This document shows, one piece after another, positions 9,270 through 17,897 of a stretch of DNA of 64,000 nt. Position 1 is the stretch's first letter; each line of letters starts with the position of its first letter. The DNA lies in assembly GCA_964350935.1 (NCBI GenBank), contig CAYGLL010000005.1, positions 1,544 to 65,543 of the forward strand, given 5' to 3'. The notes under the pieces were generated by a model that worked only from the letters and a program-made list of their open reading frames with translations, had not been told where the DNA came from and did no database searches. Position numbers and translations under genes: made by a program. Source of the stretch: an uncultured Candidatus Saccharibacteria bacterium. Its GTDB lineage: Bacteria > Patescibacteriota > Minisyncoccia > Phycocordibacterales > CAYGLL01.

Positions 9270-10275
9270 GGATCACCTCCATGAGAGCTTTGGCCAGTTT
9301 CACGGGATGATGCCGGACGATATCCGACTGCTGAACAAAATCGCCCGTCACAATCTTTTTCGTTACCTGCTGAAGCTCGACAACATCAACCTCGACCGGA
9401 TGGGCATTCTCGGCCGCATAGAGGGCCAGTAGCCGCTCCTCAATCCGAGCGGTGTTGCACAGCACAGCATCGAACTGATCGCGACCGATGTATGAGAGAA
9501 GCACGCGACTAAAATGCGAGGCTTTGAAGCCGAATGTCTCATTTGCCTTCGTGACAATGTTGGTGACATTGACAAGCTTGGCCTGTGTCTCCTGCATCGC
9601 CTCTTTGAAACCCTCCACCAGTGTGTTTGCACCAACAGAGCCATAGGTATCCCCTGGCGCGCAGATGATAACGTCGGCCATAGTGATTGCTTGGCGCATA
9701 TCACGCTGAATGTAAGCCTTCCGATCGAGAAAAATCCTCTTAATCGTGCGCTTATCGGTGTGTGGACGAAGATCGATTTTTTCCTCGCCTACAAGAATTT
9801 CCCCGTCGCTCAATTCAGCACACAAGTGTGCCTCATCGGTCGTCGTGTAGAGAATCCTTCCAACAACCCCAAATGCTTGTGCGAGATGATCAAGTCCGGC
9901 CTGATCATCGCCGCCACACTCGTCGCGAGCGGCAAGCGCCATAAGATTGCCGAGACTTTTACCCTGAAGACCGTTCGACTTGAACCGGTGAGCCAGCAGT
10001 TTTCGCAGGAAACCGCCTTCACGCGAACGCGCGATGATGTGCCGGCGAGAATCTCCCGGCGGTAATACTCCGTCAACGAGACGCAACTCACCTGAATGTC
10101 CACCGTTATCGAACGGCGTGCACGCAGAAGTGATCTCGAGAGCATAATCCTTTAGCCGCTCGAGCACTGCAGCCGCACCCGACCCACCCCCAATTACGAG
10201 GACTTTTTTCATTTTCGTCATATTTTCAAAGATTCCTTTCTTTCCACAATTGTTTGCCCCAGTCTCACGTACCAC
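9259..10275 (-). CDS. YvcK/CofD-family protein (gluconeogenesis factor / UPF0052-like)
   Basis: KVLVIGGGSGAAAVLERL (Rossmann-like GGGxG) plus FDNGGHSGELR resembles the YvcK/CofD DDGGSSG signature. 338 aa. Confidence 0.65.
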   Translation of the reverse strand: MVRETGANNCGKKGIFENMTKMKKVLVIGGGSGAAAVLERLKDYALEITSACTPFDNGGHSGELRLVDGVLPPGDSRRHIIARSREGGFLRKLLAHRFKSNGLQGKSLGNLMALAARDECGGDDQAGLDHLAQAFGVVGRILYTTTDEAHLCAELSDGEILVGEEKIDLRPHTDKRTIKRIFLDRKAYIQRDMRQAITMADVIICAPGDTYGSVGANTLVEGFKEAMQETQAKLVNVTNIVTKANETFGFKASHFSRVLLSYIGRDQFDAVLCNTARIEERLLALYAAENAHPVEVDVVELQQVTKKIVTGDFVQQSDIVRHHPVKLAKALMEVIHGD

Positions 10276-10662
10276 TTATAGAACTATCTACCCTTAGAAC
10301 CATTACGCTCTAAAAAGTGGTGGAGACCGACCGGCCCCCACCTTACATAAAATCACCCCTCTTTACAAGGGGTGATTTATATTTTTATTAGCGACGTAGA
10401 GCGAGCGACATTGTTTGATAAATCAAACAAGAAGTGCCCTCGTGGTATGAAATGGAGACTTCTTAGTTTCCATTTCCGAGCCGAGGTTGAGGCACGACAG
10501 CCGGCAGCGCCGAAAAACCTTGAGCGTTTTGTACTCAAAATGCGAAAGGTGTACTGCTCCTGTAAGGAGTTAACAAAGGTGGAATACCAAAGGGCATGTC
10601 CGCGCGAATGAACAAGTCTTCAAGATCCAATACTACCTCGGGGGCCCTACCCCAAGGAACCT

Positions 10663-11835
10663 TTATTTACGAAGTATGAAGTTTATTTTTTGAGCGATTT
10701 TTTTAAAGTCTGATTCTTTTTTGCCACGCGTTGTTTCGGCGGCTGCACCAAGGCGTATACCTGAAGGGTCAAACGGTGAACGCTTCTCGCCGGGGATAGT
10801 ATTCTTGTTGACGATGATCCTGGCCTTTTCAAGACGAGCTTCCGCTTCTTTCCCCGGGACCCCTTTGCCGTCCATCCAGGTATCAAGAAGTAGTAAATGT
10901 GTATCGGTGCCTCCTGAAACAACATGCCAACCGAGCGACATGAGTGTTTCTGCAAGTACCGCAGTGTTTTTCACAACTTGAGCTGCATATTTTTTGAACG
11001 ACGGCATCGCGTCTTCTTTAAGCGTAACCGCGACAGCCGCAATCTGCCCGACGTGAGGACCACCCTGAAGACCCGGAAAAACCGCTTTATCTATTTTTTT
11101 GGGAAGCTCACGCGTATCTTTTTTTGAAAAAATAATTGCCGAGCGAGGTCCGCGAAGTGTCTTGTGCGTCGTCGTCGTAACTACGTCAGCATAGGGAAAC
11201 GGCGATGGATAAGCGCCACCAGCGACAAGACCGGCAAAGTGCGACATGTCAACCATAAGAATCGATCCGGACGCATCGGCAATTTCACGAAACTTTTTAA
11301 AATCAATAATCCGCGGATAAGCGGTGTAGCCTGTAACGATAAGAGCGGGTCGTTCACGAATCGCCAACTCTTTGATGACTTTGTAATCCAAAACTTCAGT
11401 CGTGGAATCAACCTCATACACAACTTGCTTCCATGCTTTTCCGGTAAGCGAAACTTTCTGACCATGAGAGAGATGTCCGCCCGAAATAAGCGCCATCCCC
11501 ATTATTTTTCCTCCCAACGGGACAAGTCCGAGATAGACAGCAAGATTCGCATTCGCCCCTGAGAGCGCCTGGGCATTCACATGCCATTCGTTAGGAGAAA
11601 GTTTAAAAAGCTTGCGCGCGCGATCCTGCGCCAGAAGCTCTACCTGATCAACAACTTCATTACCTCCGTAGTAACGAGCTTTGGGGTACCCTTCGGAATA
11701 TTTATTATCAAACACTGAACCTAAGGCTTCAAGAACATCTTCTGAGCAATAATTTTCCGACGGAATAAGATTGATAACACTTTTCTGGCGTTTTTTTTCG
11801 GCGTTAATTAATTTTTTGATATGGGTGTCTTTCAT
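10663..11835 (-). CDS. glyA: Serine hydroxymethyltransferase
   Basis: 390 aa. LIPSENYCSEDVLEALGS, YSEGYPKARYYGGNEVVD, and the PLP-lysine region VVTTTTHKTLRGPRSA are diagnostic of SHMT. Confidence 0.92.
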   Translation of the reverse strand: MKDTHIKKLINAEKKRQKSVINLIPSENYCSEDVLEALGSVFDNKYSEGYPKARYYGGNEVVDQVELLAQDRARKLFKLSPNEWHVNAQALSGANANLAVYLGLVPLGGKIMGMALISGGHLSHGQKVSLTGKAWKQVVYEVDSTTEVLDYKVIKELAIRERPALIVTGYTAYPRIIDFKKFREIADASGSILMVDMSHFAGLVAGGAYPSPFPYADVVTTTTHKTLRGPRSAIIFSKKDTRELPKKIDKAVFPGLQGGPHVGQIAAVAVTLKEDAMPSFKKYAAQVVKNTAVLAETLMSLGWHVVSGGTDTHLLLLDTWMDGKGVPGKEAEARLEKARIIVNKNTIPGEKRSPFDPSGIRLGAAAETTRGKKESDFKKIAQKINFILRK

Positions 11836-11837
11836 GG

Positions 11838-11884
11838 TAAAAGAAAAAACCTACTAAATACTGACATGCTGCAGGTTGTAGGTT
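11838..11884 (-). terminator. Hairpin plus U-run immediately upstream of the glyA start codon (possible attenuator)
   Basis: On the minus strand the 7-bp stem AACCUAC/GUAGGUU (11884-11848) with a 23-nt loop is followed by UUUUUCUUUU, and then ACC-AUG of glyA. A terminator inside a 5' leader suggests attenuation or riboswitch-type control. Confidence 0.35.
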
Positions 11885-12033
11885 TGTTACACCATAGCTA
11901 AAGATTATTAGTTGCACGCATTGTAACAAATATAGGACAAAAAACACGCTTCGCGACAATTCACACCATAGGTTGAACGGCTCAAAAATAGTGAGATAAT
12001 AATCTATGGACAAACTCAACCGAGGAAACAGCC

Positions 12034-12243
12034 ATGAACATGAACGGAAGCATGCTCACCAACATCCCGACCATTCAGCGCAAGGAAAAGTGCCCAGTTC
12101 CGGACTGCCCTGAAACATTTCATGTATGGGAACATGAAGAAAAGAACCGGCATCTCATTACAGAACACAAAGGTTTTGTCATCATACAATTACGAAACGT
12201 CGGGCTTCATGCTGAAGCATCCGAACTTGCCGCTACACCCTAG
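12034..12243 (+). CDS. Small C2H2-like zinc-finger protein candidate (69 aa)
   Basis: CPVPDCPETFHVWEHEEKNRHLITEH has a C-x4-C...H-x4-H spacing. A hairpin plus T-run sits downstream at 12260-12282. It lies in an otherwise empty 540-bp intergenic region. Could be spurious. Confidence 0.3.
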   Translation: MNMNGSMLTNIPTIQRKEKCPVPDCPETFHVWEHEEKNRHLITEHKGFVIIQLRNVGLHAEASELAATP

Positions 12244-12259
12244 CGGCCCTACCAACGAT

Positions 12260-12282
12260 CCCGACCTTCGGGGTCGTTTTTT
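12260..12282 (+). terminator. Rho-independent terminator candidate
   Basis: CCGACC-TTCG-GGGTCG hairpin followed by TTTTTT. Confidence 0.4.
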
Positions 12283-12373
12283 ATACCTTAAAACCCACGT
12301 AAGGGAAAGGTACTCTGTTGCGTCACCAGTAACGAGCTAAACAAGCTCATAATTGTAAATTAAATTTGTACCT

Positions 12374-13567
12374 ATGAAAAAAACTTTGTACTCGACTATG
12401 ACCATTATGCTTCTCACAACCATTCTCACGACCTCGTTCGGGAATGTTGCGTTAGCCAAGGGAAATGACAAAAAGGAAGAAAAGCGTGAACAAAAAGAGT
12501 TAAAAATGCAGCTTAAAGCTGAAGTTAAGGCTCAAAAACACGAAGATAAAAAAGATAAGGATGACGATAAGAAAGCACACGTTGATAAATTCTGTCGTGG
12601 CAATTGGTGGAACTTCAACAACTGGCTCTGGCAGAAGGGTGCAATAGGTTTCAATCCCTGCGGGCCTAGGAACACTCCCGCCACGTCAACACCTGACACC
12701 ATCGCCCCAGTTATCTCAGGTCTTAACGTCCTGCGCACAACTGCGCGCTCAGCAACGATTGAGTGGAAAACAAACGAAAACTCGACCTCAGTTATTCACT
12801 ACGGAACTACCACCGCTTACGGAATGAAAAAGAAAGATGATGACCGCGATCGCAACCATCGCATCAAGATCAAGAAGCTCGTCCCAAATACAATATACAA
12901 CTTCGTTATTGTTGCTAAAGATCGTGCAGGAAACACCTCGACATCGACAAACATGACCTTCACGACTAAACCCAAAAACGTCGCTGACACTACGGCTCCC
13001 CTAATCTCAAATGTGACTGTGTCAGTCGGAACCTCAACCGCACGCATCCAGTGGACAACAAATGAAACCGCAACCGGGGATATTGATTTCGGGACAACCA
13101 CCGCCTACGGCTCGAACAAAGCCGGATCAACTTCGGGAACCGCTCAGGATATTATTCTCAGCGACCTTCTCCCCTCAACAACCTACCACTTTAAGGTTAG
13201 CGCTGAAGACACCAGTGGCAACAACGCATCAACAACTGACGCTACATTCACTACCGGATCACTTCCCGTTGTCGACACCACCGCCCCGGTCATCTCAAGC
13301 ATTGCTGTTTCGGGCCTTGCAAGCACAACCGCAACGGTCTCATGGAACACCAACGAGCTCGCCACTGGAAAGGTCTACTACGGAACAACAAGTCCGATCG
13401 GTTTGGGTGCGATCTTAAACATCGGCACGACAACACTCTCAACCGGACACTCATTTAACCTCTTAGGACTTACCGCGAGTACGACTTACTACTTCCTTCT
13501 TGAATCAAAGGATGGAAATAACAACGCAACAACCTCTGCCGAACAATCATTCACGTCAACGCAGTAG
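12374..13567 (+). CDS. Secreted protein with three tandem fibronectin type III-like repeats
   Basis: N-terminal signal peptide (MKKTLYSTMTIMLLTTILTTSFGNVALA), then a Lys/Glu/Asp-rich segment and a Trp-rich motif (FCRGNWWNFNNWLWQKG). Three ~95-aa repeats follow, each with TTAP(V/L)IS...(I/V)xWxTNExATG...YGTTTAYG...TTY(Y/H)F...D.SGN, as in the Fn3-like N-domains of purple acid phosphatases and glycosidases. Confidence 0.7.
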   Translation: MKKTLYSTMTIMLLTTILTTSFGNVALAKGNDKKEEKREQKELKMQLKAEVKAQKHEDKKDKDDDKKAHVDKFCRGNWWNFNNWLWQKGAIGFNPCGPRNTPATSTPDTIAPVISGLNVLRTTARSATIEWKTNENSTSVIHYGTTTAYGMKKKDDDRDRNHRIKIKKLVPNTIYNFVIVAKDRAGNTSTSTNMTFTTKPKNVADTTAPLISNVTVSVGTSTARIQWTTNETATGDIDFGTTTAYGSNKAGSTSGTAQDIILSDLLPSTTYHFKVSAEDTSGNNASTTDATFTTGSLPVVDTTAPVISSIAVSGLASTTATVSWNTNELATGKVYYGTTSPIGLGAILNIGTTTLSTGHSFNLLGLTASTTYYFLLESKDGNNNATTSAEQSFTSTQ

Positions 13568-13610
13568 AATTCTGTACGAAGAAAAACCGCCCCTACTACA
13601 GGGCGGTTTT

Positions 13611-14111
13611 TCATTTCTCAGCTTTTTCAAACTGTCGGCCGATGATATTCCCCTTTTTATTTTTATCGAAAAGTTTGTGACTGTTTTTTAAAAGATAGAT
13701 AGTTTTAATACCCGCATTCATCATGGACTCATAGCACCACCGACAGCACCACCAGTGACCCCAGAGATAAAGATCTGCGCCGGCAATATCTTTTCCCTGT
13801 GAAATTGCGTCAGTAATTGAACGTGGTTCAGCGTGATTTTTCGGGTGACACCCTTCGCAGAGTTCATACCCTTGTCCTGTCGGAACCTTAAGACGAACTC
13901 GCTCACAGACGTGCGTATCGTGATAATTGCTCCCATTCGCTCCTCTACCGACGATAACGCCGCTCTTTACCACAACAGCACCCGTCGGCACCGTTTTATC
14001 AAGAGAGTGAAGACGCGCGTATTCTCGCGCTTCTTTCATAAACTCATTTGCCATCGTCACAAATTGTATGTTCTTAGGCGTAGATTCGAGAGAAATATGT
14101 TCATCGTCCAT
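13611..14111 (-). CDS. dCMP (deoxycytidylate) deaminase / cytidine-deaminase-family zinc enzyme
   Basis: 166 aa. HAEPRSI (zinc-ligand H(A/C)E motif) and a downstream Cys cluster (WGHWWCCRWC). The size and the adjacency to thyA are typical of ComEB-type dCMP deaminases. Confidence 0.65.
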   Translation of the reverse strand: MDDEHISLESTPKNIQFVTMANEFMKEAREYARLHSLDKTVPTGAVVVKSGVIVGRGANGSNYHDTHVCERVRLKVPTGQGYELCEGCHPKNHAEPRSITDAISQGKDIAGADLYLWGHWWCCRWCYESMMNAGIKTIYLLKNSHKLFDKNKKGNIIGRQFEKAEK

Positions 14112-14183
14112 TGCAAATGCAGTATACTACGTGTGTACATTGCCCATCTACTTAGCATTTTCTACTAACTACTTACTAGTCCC

Positions 14184-15020
14184 GTGACCAAATTCGACGA
14201 AATCTATCAAAATCTGATCCGGCAAATTATGTCTGAGGGTATTCCTGAAGTAAACCAACGTACGCGCCATGAGACAAAAGCTATTATGGGCGCTCACTTT
14301 ACGATGGACATTGAAAAAGACGGCTTCCCGCTTTTGACGCTACGAAAAACTCGTTCCACCTTTTTCGTTGCTGAACAGATCTGGTTCATCACCGGCGCAC
14401 GAAAGCCGGAAATATTTCTGCGGCAATTTACGAAAGTCTGGGACGACTTTACCAACCCGGGCGATGTCGTCACAGTCGCCTATGGCTACCGCTGGCGTAA
14501 ACACTTCGGTCGCGACCAATTAGGCAAACTGATCGACCTTCTCAAAAAAGATCCTTCCTCACGGCATGGTGTCGTGGTTACCTGGGACCCCTCATCAGAT
14601 GGCTTGGGCGGCACTGCCAAGAAAAACGTTCCCTGCCCCTTTACCTTTACCGTTGGAATTGTAGGTGGGCGACTACACTTACATAACATTATCCGATCAA
14701 ACGACGTCATGCTTGGAACTCCGGCCGACGTTGCCGGCTTTGTACTCCTTCAAATGATCCTCGCACAAGAACTCGGTGTTCGCCCTGGCATTTACTCTCA
14801 TTCGATTTCAAACGCTCACATCTACGATATTCACTATGATGCAGCACAGGAACTACTGCGACGCACCAACGATCACAAAAAAATTGAATTGACGCTTCCA
14901 AAAAACACATTCAAACGCGCCGAGAAACAAGATGCAAAGCTCGTTCAAGAAATTGTTGCTGAACTCGAGCGCGACTATCGCCCCCTAGAACCTTTAAAGG
15001 GCCTAAAGATCGTACTGTAA
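14184..15020 (+). CDS. thyA: Thymidylate synthase (ThyA type)
   Basis: 278 aa. Active-site region VPCPFTFTVGIVGGRLHLHNIIRSNDVMLGTPADVAGFVLLQMILAQELGV...SNAHIYDIH matches ThyA (PCH.., Q..RS.D..LG.PFNIASY, D.HIY). Confidence 0.9.
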   Translation: MTKFDEIYQNLIRQIMSEGIPEVNQRTRHETKAIMGAHFTMDIEKDGFPLLTLRKTRSTFFVAEQIWFITGARKPEIFLRQFTKVWDDFTNPGDVVTVAYGYRWRKHFGRDQLGKLIDLLKKDPSSRHGVVVTWDPSSDGLGGTAKKNVPCPFTFTVGIVGGRLHLHNIIRSNDVMLGTPADVAGFVLLQMILAQELGVRPGIYSHSISNAHIYDIHYDAAQELLRRTNDHKKIELTLPKNTFKRAEKQDAKLVQEIVAELERDYRPLEPLKGLKIVL

Positions 15021-15022
15021 GA

Positions 15023-15541
15023 ATGCTCTCGATCATTGTTGCCACAGCGGAGAATAACGGAATCGGAAAGGGAAATAAAATTCCGTGGCATTTACCTAAG
15101 GATTGGAAACGTTTTGCCACGCTCACCAAAGGACACACCATTATCATAGGCCGCGCGACGTTTGAGTCTATATTAGAGTATTTAAAAAAACCATTGCCCG
15201 AGCGCACCTCGATCGTTATTACGCGAAATGGAAACTATAACGCACCCCCCGGGACAGTTGTTGTTCACTCACTTCACGAGGCACTCGAACACGCAAAGAC
15301 AAACGAGGAAACATTCATCGGCGGAGGCGCACAAATTTACCAGGAAACACTTCCCTTCACCGACCGGATCTACCTCACACGCGTTCATACAACCATCGAT
15401 GCCGATGCTTTCTTTCCTGAGATTAATGAAGGAGAGTGGGTCGCGAGTGCGAGCGAGTTTGTACCCAAAGATGATAAAAACCAGTACGATATGACCTTTC
15501 TTACCTATGACCGTCGCTCATCTTTGACCAAGGAAGCATAA
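15023..15541 (+). CDS. folA: Dihydrofolate reductase
   Basis: 172 aa. MLSIIVATAENNGIGKGNKIPWHLPKDWKRFATLTKGHTIIIGRATFESI is the DHFR N-terminal signature (IxAxxxNxxIGxxxxxPW...D...F...T). It starts 3 nt after thyA, which indicates a thyA-folA operon. Confidence 0.85.
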   Translation: MLSIIVATAENNGIGKGNKIPWHLPKDWKRFATLTKGHTIIIGRATFESILEYLKKPLPERTSIVITRNGNYNAPPGTVVVHSLHEALEHAKTNEETFIGGGAQIYQETLPFTDRIYLTRVHTTIDADAFFPEINEGEWVASASEFVPKDDKNQYDMTFLTYDRRSSLTKEA

Positions 15542-15559
15542 ATTGCGAAAATACCAGTT

Positions 15560-16195
15560 ATGGCCATTTTAACTAAATCAAAAATTCTTGATCGCGTTTC
15601 AAAAGGAGAAATAACCATTTCCCCCGCGCTCGATGCATTTCAACTCCAAGATCACGCCGTTGATCTCCGGATTGGCTTTACCTTTATGGTGCCAAAAGTA
15701 TGGCACATGACCCCTAAGGGGCGCGAGTCACTGAATATCACACACTTTGATAAATCGAATGCTGAGTTCTTTGATGTTGTGGAGCTGGAAGAAGGACAAT
15801 ACTTTGACCTCCTTCCGGGAGAATACATTCTCGTTGGCACACTCGAATCAATTAAGGTTCCAAACGACCTTATGGCGGTTCTCTATCCGCGTTCATCGAC
15901 CAACCGCAAAGGCCTTTCCCTCGACCTCACCGGCATTATCGATTCGGGTTATGAAGGCCAACTTACACTCCCTATCAGAAATAACACACACTCACAGCCT
16001 GTGCGCCTCTATCCCGGCGAGCGTCTCTGCCAGATCGTGTTTGAAGAACTGACTGAAAAAATTGTGGCTCCGCGCAAAAGCAAGTATCACAAACGCGACA
16101 TCATCGAGGGCATCGGCCGCGAAAAAAAAACCGAGGCTGAACTCATCTTGAAAGGGAAAATTCGGGAACTGAAGTCCAACCACAAAGTTAGTTAG
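15560..16195 (+). CDS. dcd: dCTP deaminase (dUTPase-fold)
   Basis: 211 aa. N-terminal MAILTKSKILDRVSKGEITISP...VDLRIG resembles Dcd (MILSDRDI...DLRLG). The G/S-rich dUTPase-fold motifs (IIDSGYEG) are present. Confidence 0.75.
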   Translation: MAILTKSKILDRVSKGEITISPALDAFQLQDHAVDLRIGFTFMVPKVWHMTPKGRESLNITHFDKSNAEFFDVVELEEGQYFDLLPGEYILVGTLESIKVPNDLMAVLYPRSSTNRKGLSLDLTGIIDSGYEGQLTLPIRNNTHSQPVRLYPGERLCQIVFEELTEKIVAPRKSKYHKRDIIEGIGREKKTEAELILKGKIRELKSNHKVS

Positions 16196-16232
16196 AAAAA
16201 AGACGTGTGCAGATCTCTCTGTACACGTCTTG
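16196..16232. terminator. Hairpin between the convergent dcd gene and the minus-strand gene 16246-16935
   Basis: AGACGTGTGCAGA/TCTGTACACGTCT 13-bp stem (one G.U) flanked by AAAAAA on the plus strand, which is a U-run for the minus-strand transcript. Confidence 0.5.
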
Positions 16233-16245
16233 TAAAACTGCGTGG

Positions 16246-16935
16246 CTACTGCCACTGAATTGAGGTCCGCAATCCATCGAGCGCATCGATTAACTTTTGG
16301 TCACTGTCAGCTGCCTCAATCTCCGCCCAACAGGGAACGTAGTATTCCCTGACTGGGTAGTCCTTGGGTTGCTTTTCGTAGCACGAACGCATGTATTCGA
16401 CGTTAAAGAGGATAAGATCACGCCACTCCCTGAGTTGTGCGACCGTTAGAGGCTTTTCACCTCCAGCGATAAGTTCAAGAAGTTTTTTCACCTCAAACTT
16501 TCGAAGGTATGGCCCCTTAGCCCTGATTTTGGACCAAAACGCTGAGGTTTGAGCTGCCGAGGCTACGGCGTTCAGTTTGGCTGCTTCATTTTCCAAAGCT
16601 TCACTCAAGCGATCAAGCCAGCCTGAGGCAATGAGTTCCGAAAACTTGAGTAGGTCGTGGCGGGAGTGAGTCCTCCCCAACGTCAATTTGAACTTGAGGA
16701 GTGCTCCCTTACCAAAACCTGCCTCAAACTCACCCGAAGGGTACATGGTGCAATCGTTAGGAAGTTGGAACCCTACCGGCACATTGTCTTTGAGCCACCT
16801 CAGGAGGCCGTCAGTTGCCTTGCGGAGTTTCTCCGTACTTTTGGAATGCTCATCACCGGCGCGATGAAGTCGCGCCACACTATCAGTCAGACTTTTCTCT
16901 TTCATAGTACTTTTCCTCTTGTGTTTTAAGTCCAC
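16246..16935 (-). CDS. Hypothetical protein (229 aa)
   Basis: ORF with a terminator hairpin downstream. No recognised motif. Confidence 0.5.
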   Translation of the reverse strand: MDLKHKRKSTMKEKSLTDSVARLHRAGDEHSKSTEKLRKATDGLLRWLKDNVPVGFQLPNDCTMYPSGEFEAGFGKGALLKFKLTLGRTHSRHDLLKFSELIASGWLDRLSEALENEAAKLNAVASAAQTSAFWSKIRAKGPYLRKFEVKKLLELIAGGEKPLTVAQLREWRDLILFNVEYMRSCYEKQPKDYPVREYYVPCWAEIEAADSDQKLIDALDGLRTSIQWQ

Positions 16936-17009
16936 TCGACTTGACGAGCAGGTTTCAAAACATATCCCTGCCTACACAGCCTATGTTCTGGTTGCGGTAT
17001 ACTCATCTC

Positions 17010-17040
17010 GACCTCAATGTACCTACAGTACATTGAGGTC
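17010..17040. promoter_or_regulatory. Perfect 13-bp inverted repeat (GACCTCAATGTAC-CTACA-GTACATTGAGGTC) in a 280-bp intergenic region
   Basis: Read directly from the sequence. Its position between two minus-strand genes fits an operator-like palindrome or an RNA hairpin. Confidence 0.3.
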
Positions 17041-17192
17041 TCCGATTCGACACCTCACCAACAAACATAGTCTGCTCGGCTTGGGAACTCTGGTTTTGAA
17101 AACTGCTCTTGCCTGTCTTCGGACATCCGCCCGAGCATTGCTTTCTAAAAGAAATATAGGCTAACTAAAGTTTAAGTCAAGGTTTCGCGCAA

Positions 17193-17226
17193 CAAAAAAC
17201 CGCCGTTCGCTTACGCTACTTGGCGG
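17193..17226 (-). terminator. Terminator candidate overlapping the stop of gene 17216-17779
   Basis: CCGCC...GGCGG stem followed by a U-run on the minus strand (plus-strand AAAAAA at 17193-17199). Confidence 0.35.
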
Positions 17227-17779
17227 AGTCATGCCGATGAACAAGATTCAGATTGCGGATCTGGTCTTCAATGTTGTACATTTTTGCGACCCAGGATAAA
17301 AAATCGGTGCGAATTTTTCCTGTCGGTAAATTTTCAGCAACCGCGCTGATCTCCCGTCTGAGATCAATAACGTTCGCCAACACACTCGACTTTTCGGGCG
17401 GATAAACCAGTTCATCGCGTCGGCGATTAACCAAAAACAGGGTCTTCTTGCGTATCATCGCGGCGTCGTCTTTTAGATCAATCACGATAACGATGGCGCG
17501 ATCACCGTACCGCTTGCGATGTTTTGCCGCCCAAAAGCGCGAGCTTTTGATCTGCAACTCAATCGTACCGAAGTCGTTGGTCACAAAGTGAACGTCCACG
17601 CCGTGAAATATATCTTTCTTTAGATTCGCTTTCTCGACCCGGAGAAGCCATGGCGGATAGTCATTTCGATTCTCCCAGGCTTCAAGAAAGCGTCGCTCAG
17701 TCTCGTTTCCAAATCTTTTGGCGGGAGTATCGGGGAAAGCCGCATTCAACCGTACTAAGTGTTGTTTTAATGAACTCAT
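17216..17779 (-). CDS. Hypothetical protein (start taken at the internal Met MSSLKQ)
   Basis: ORF of 188-200 aa. No family recognised. Confidence 0.45.
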   Translation of the reverse strand: MSSLKQHLVRLNAAFPDTPAKRFGNETERRFLEAWENRNDYPPWLLRVEKANLKKDIFHGVDVHFVTNDFGTIELQIKSSRFWAAKHRKRYGDRAIVIVIDLKDDAAMIRKKTLFLVNRRRDELVYPPEKSSVLANVIDLRREISAVAENLPTGKIRTDFLSWVAKMYNIEDQIRNLNLVHRHDSAK

Positions 17780-17897
17780 ACCATAACGCAAAATAGTATA
17801 AAAAATACATACTGTCAATGAAACCGGACCTTGCCGACAAAAAAACGTTCGTTGCTAAAATCGGAAGAGAAGAATAAACTTCCGTGAGAACTGTTCT

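Noticed and set aside
10372-10611. 79-aa plus-strand ORF in the glyA-yvcK spacer
   Set aside because: Arg/Lys/Cys-rich, with no SD-like sequence. The region looks like structured non-coding RNA or a long 3' UTR.
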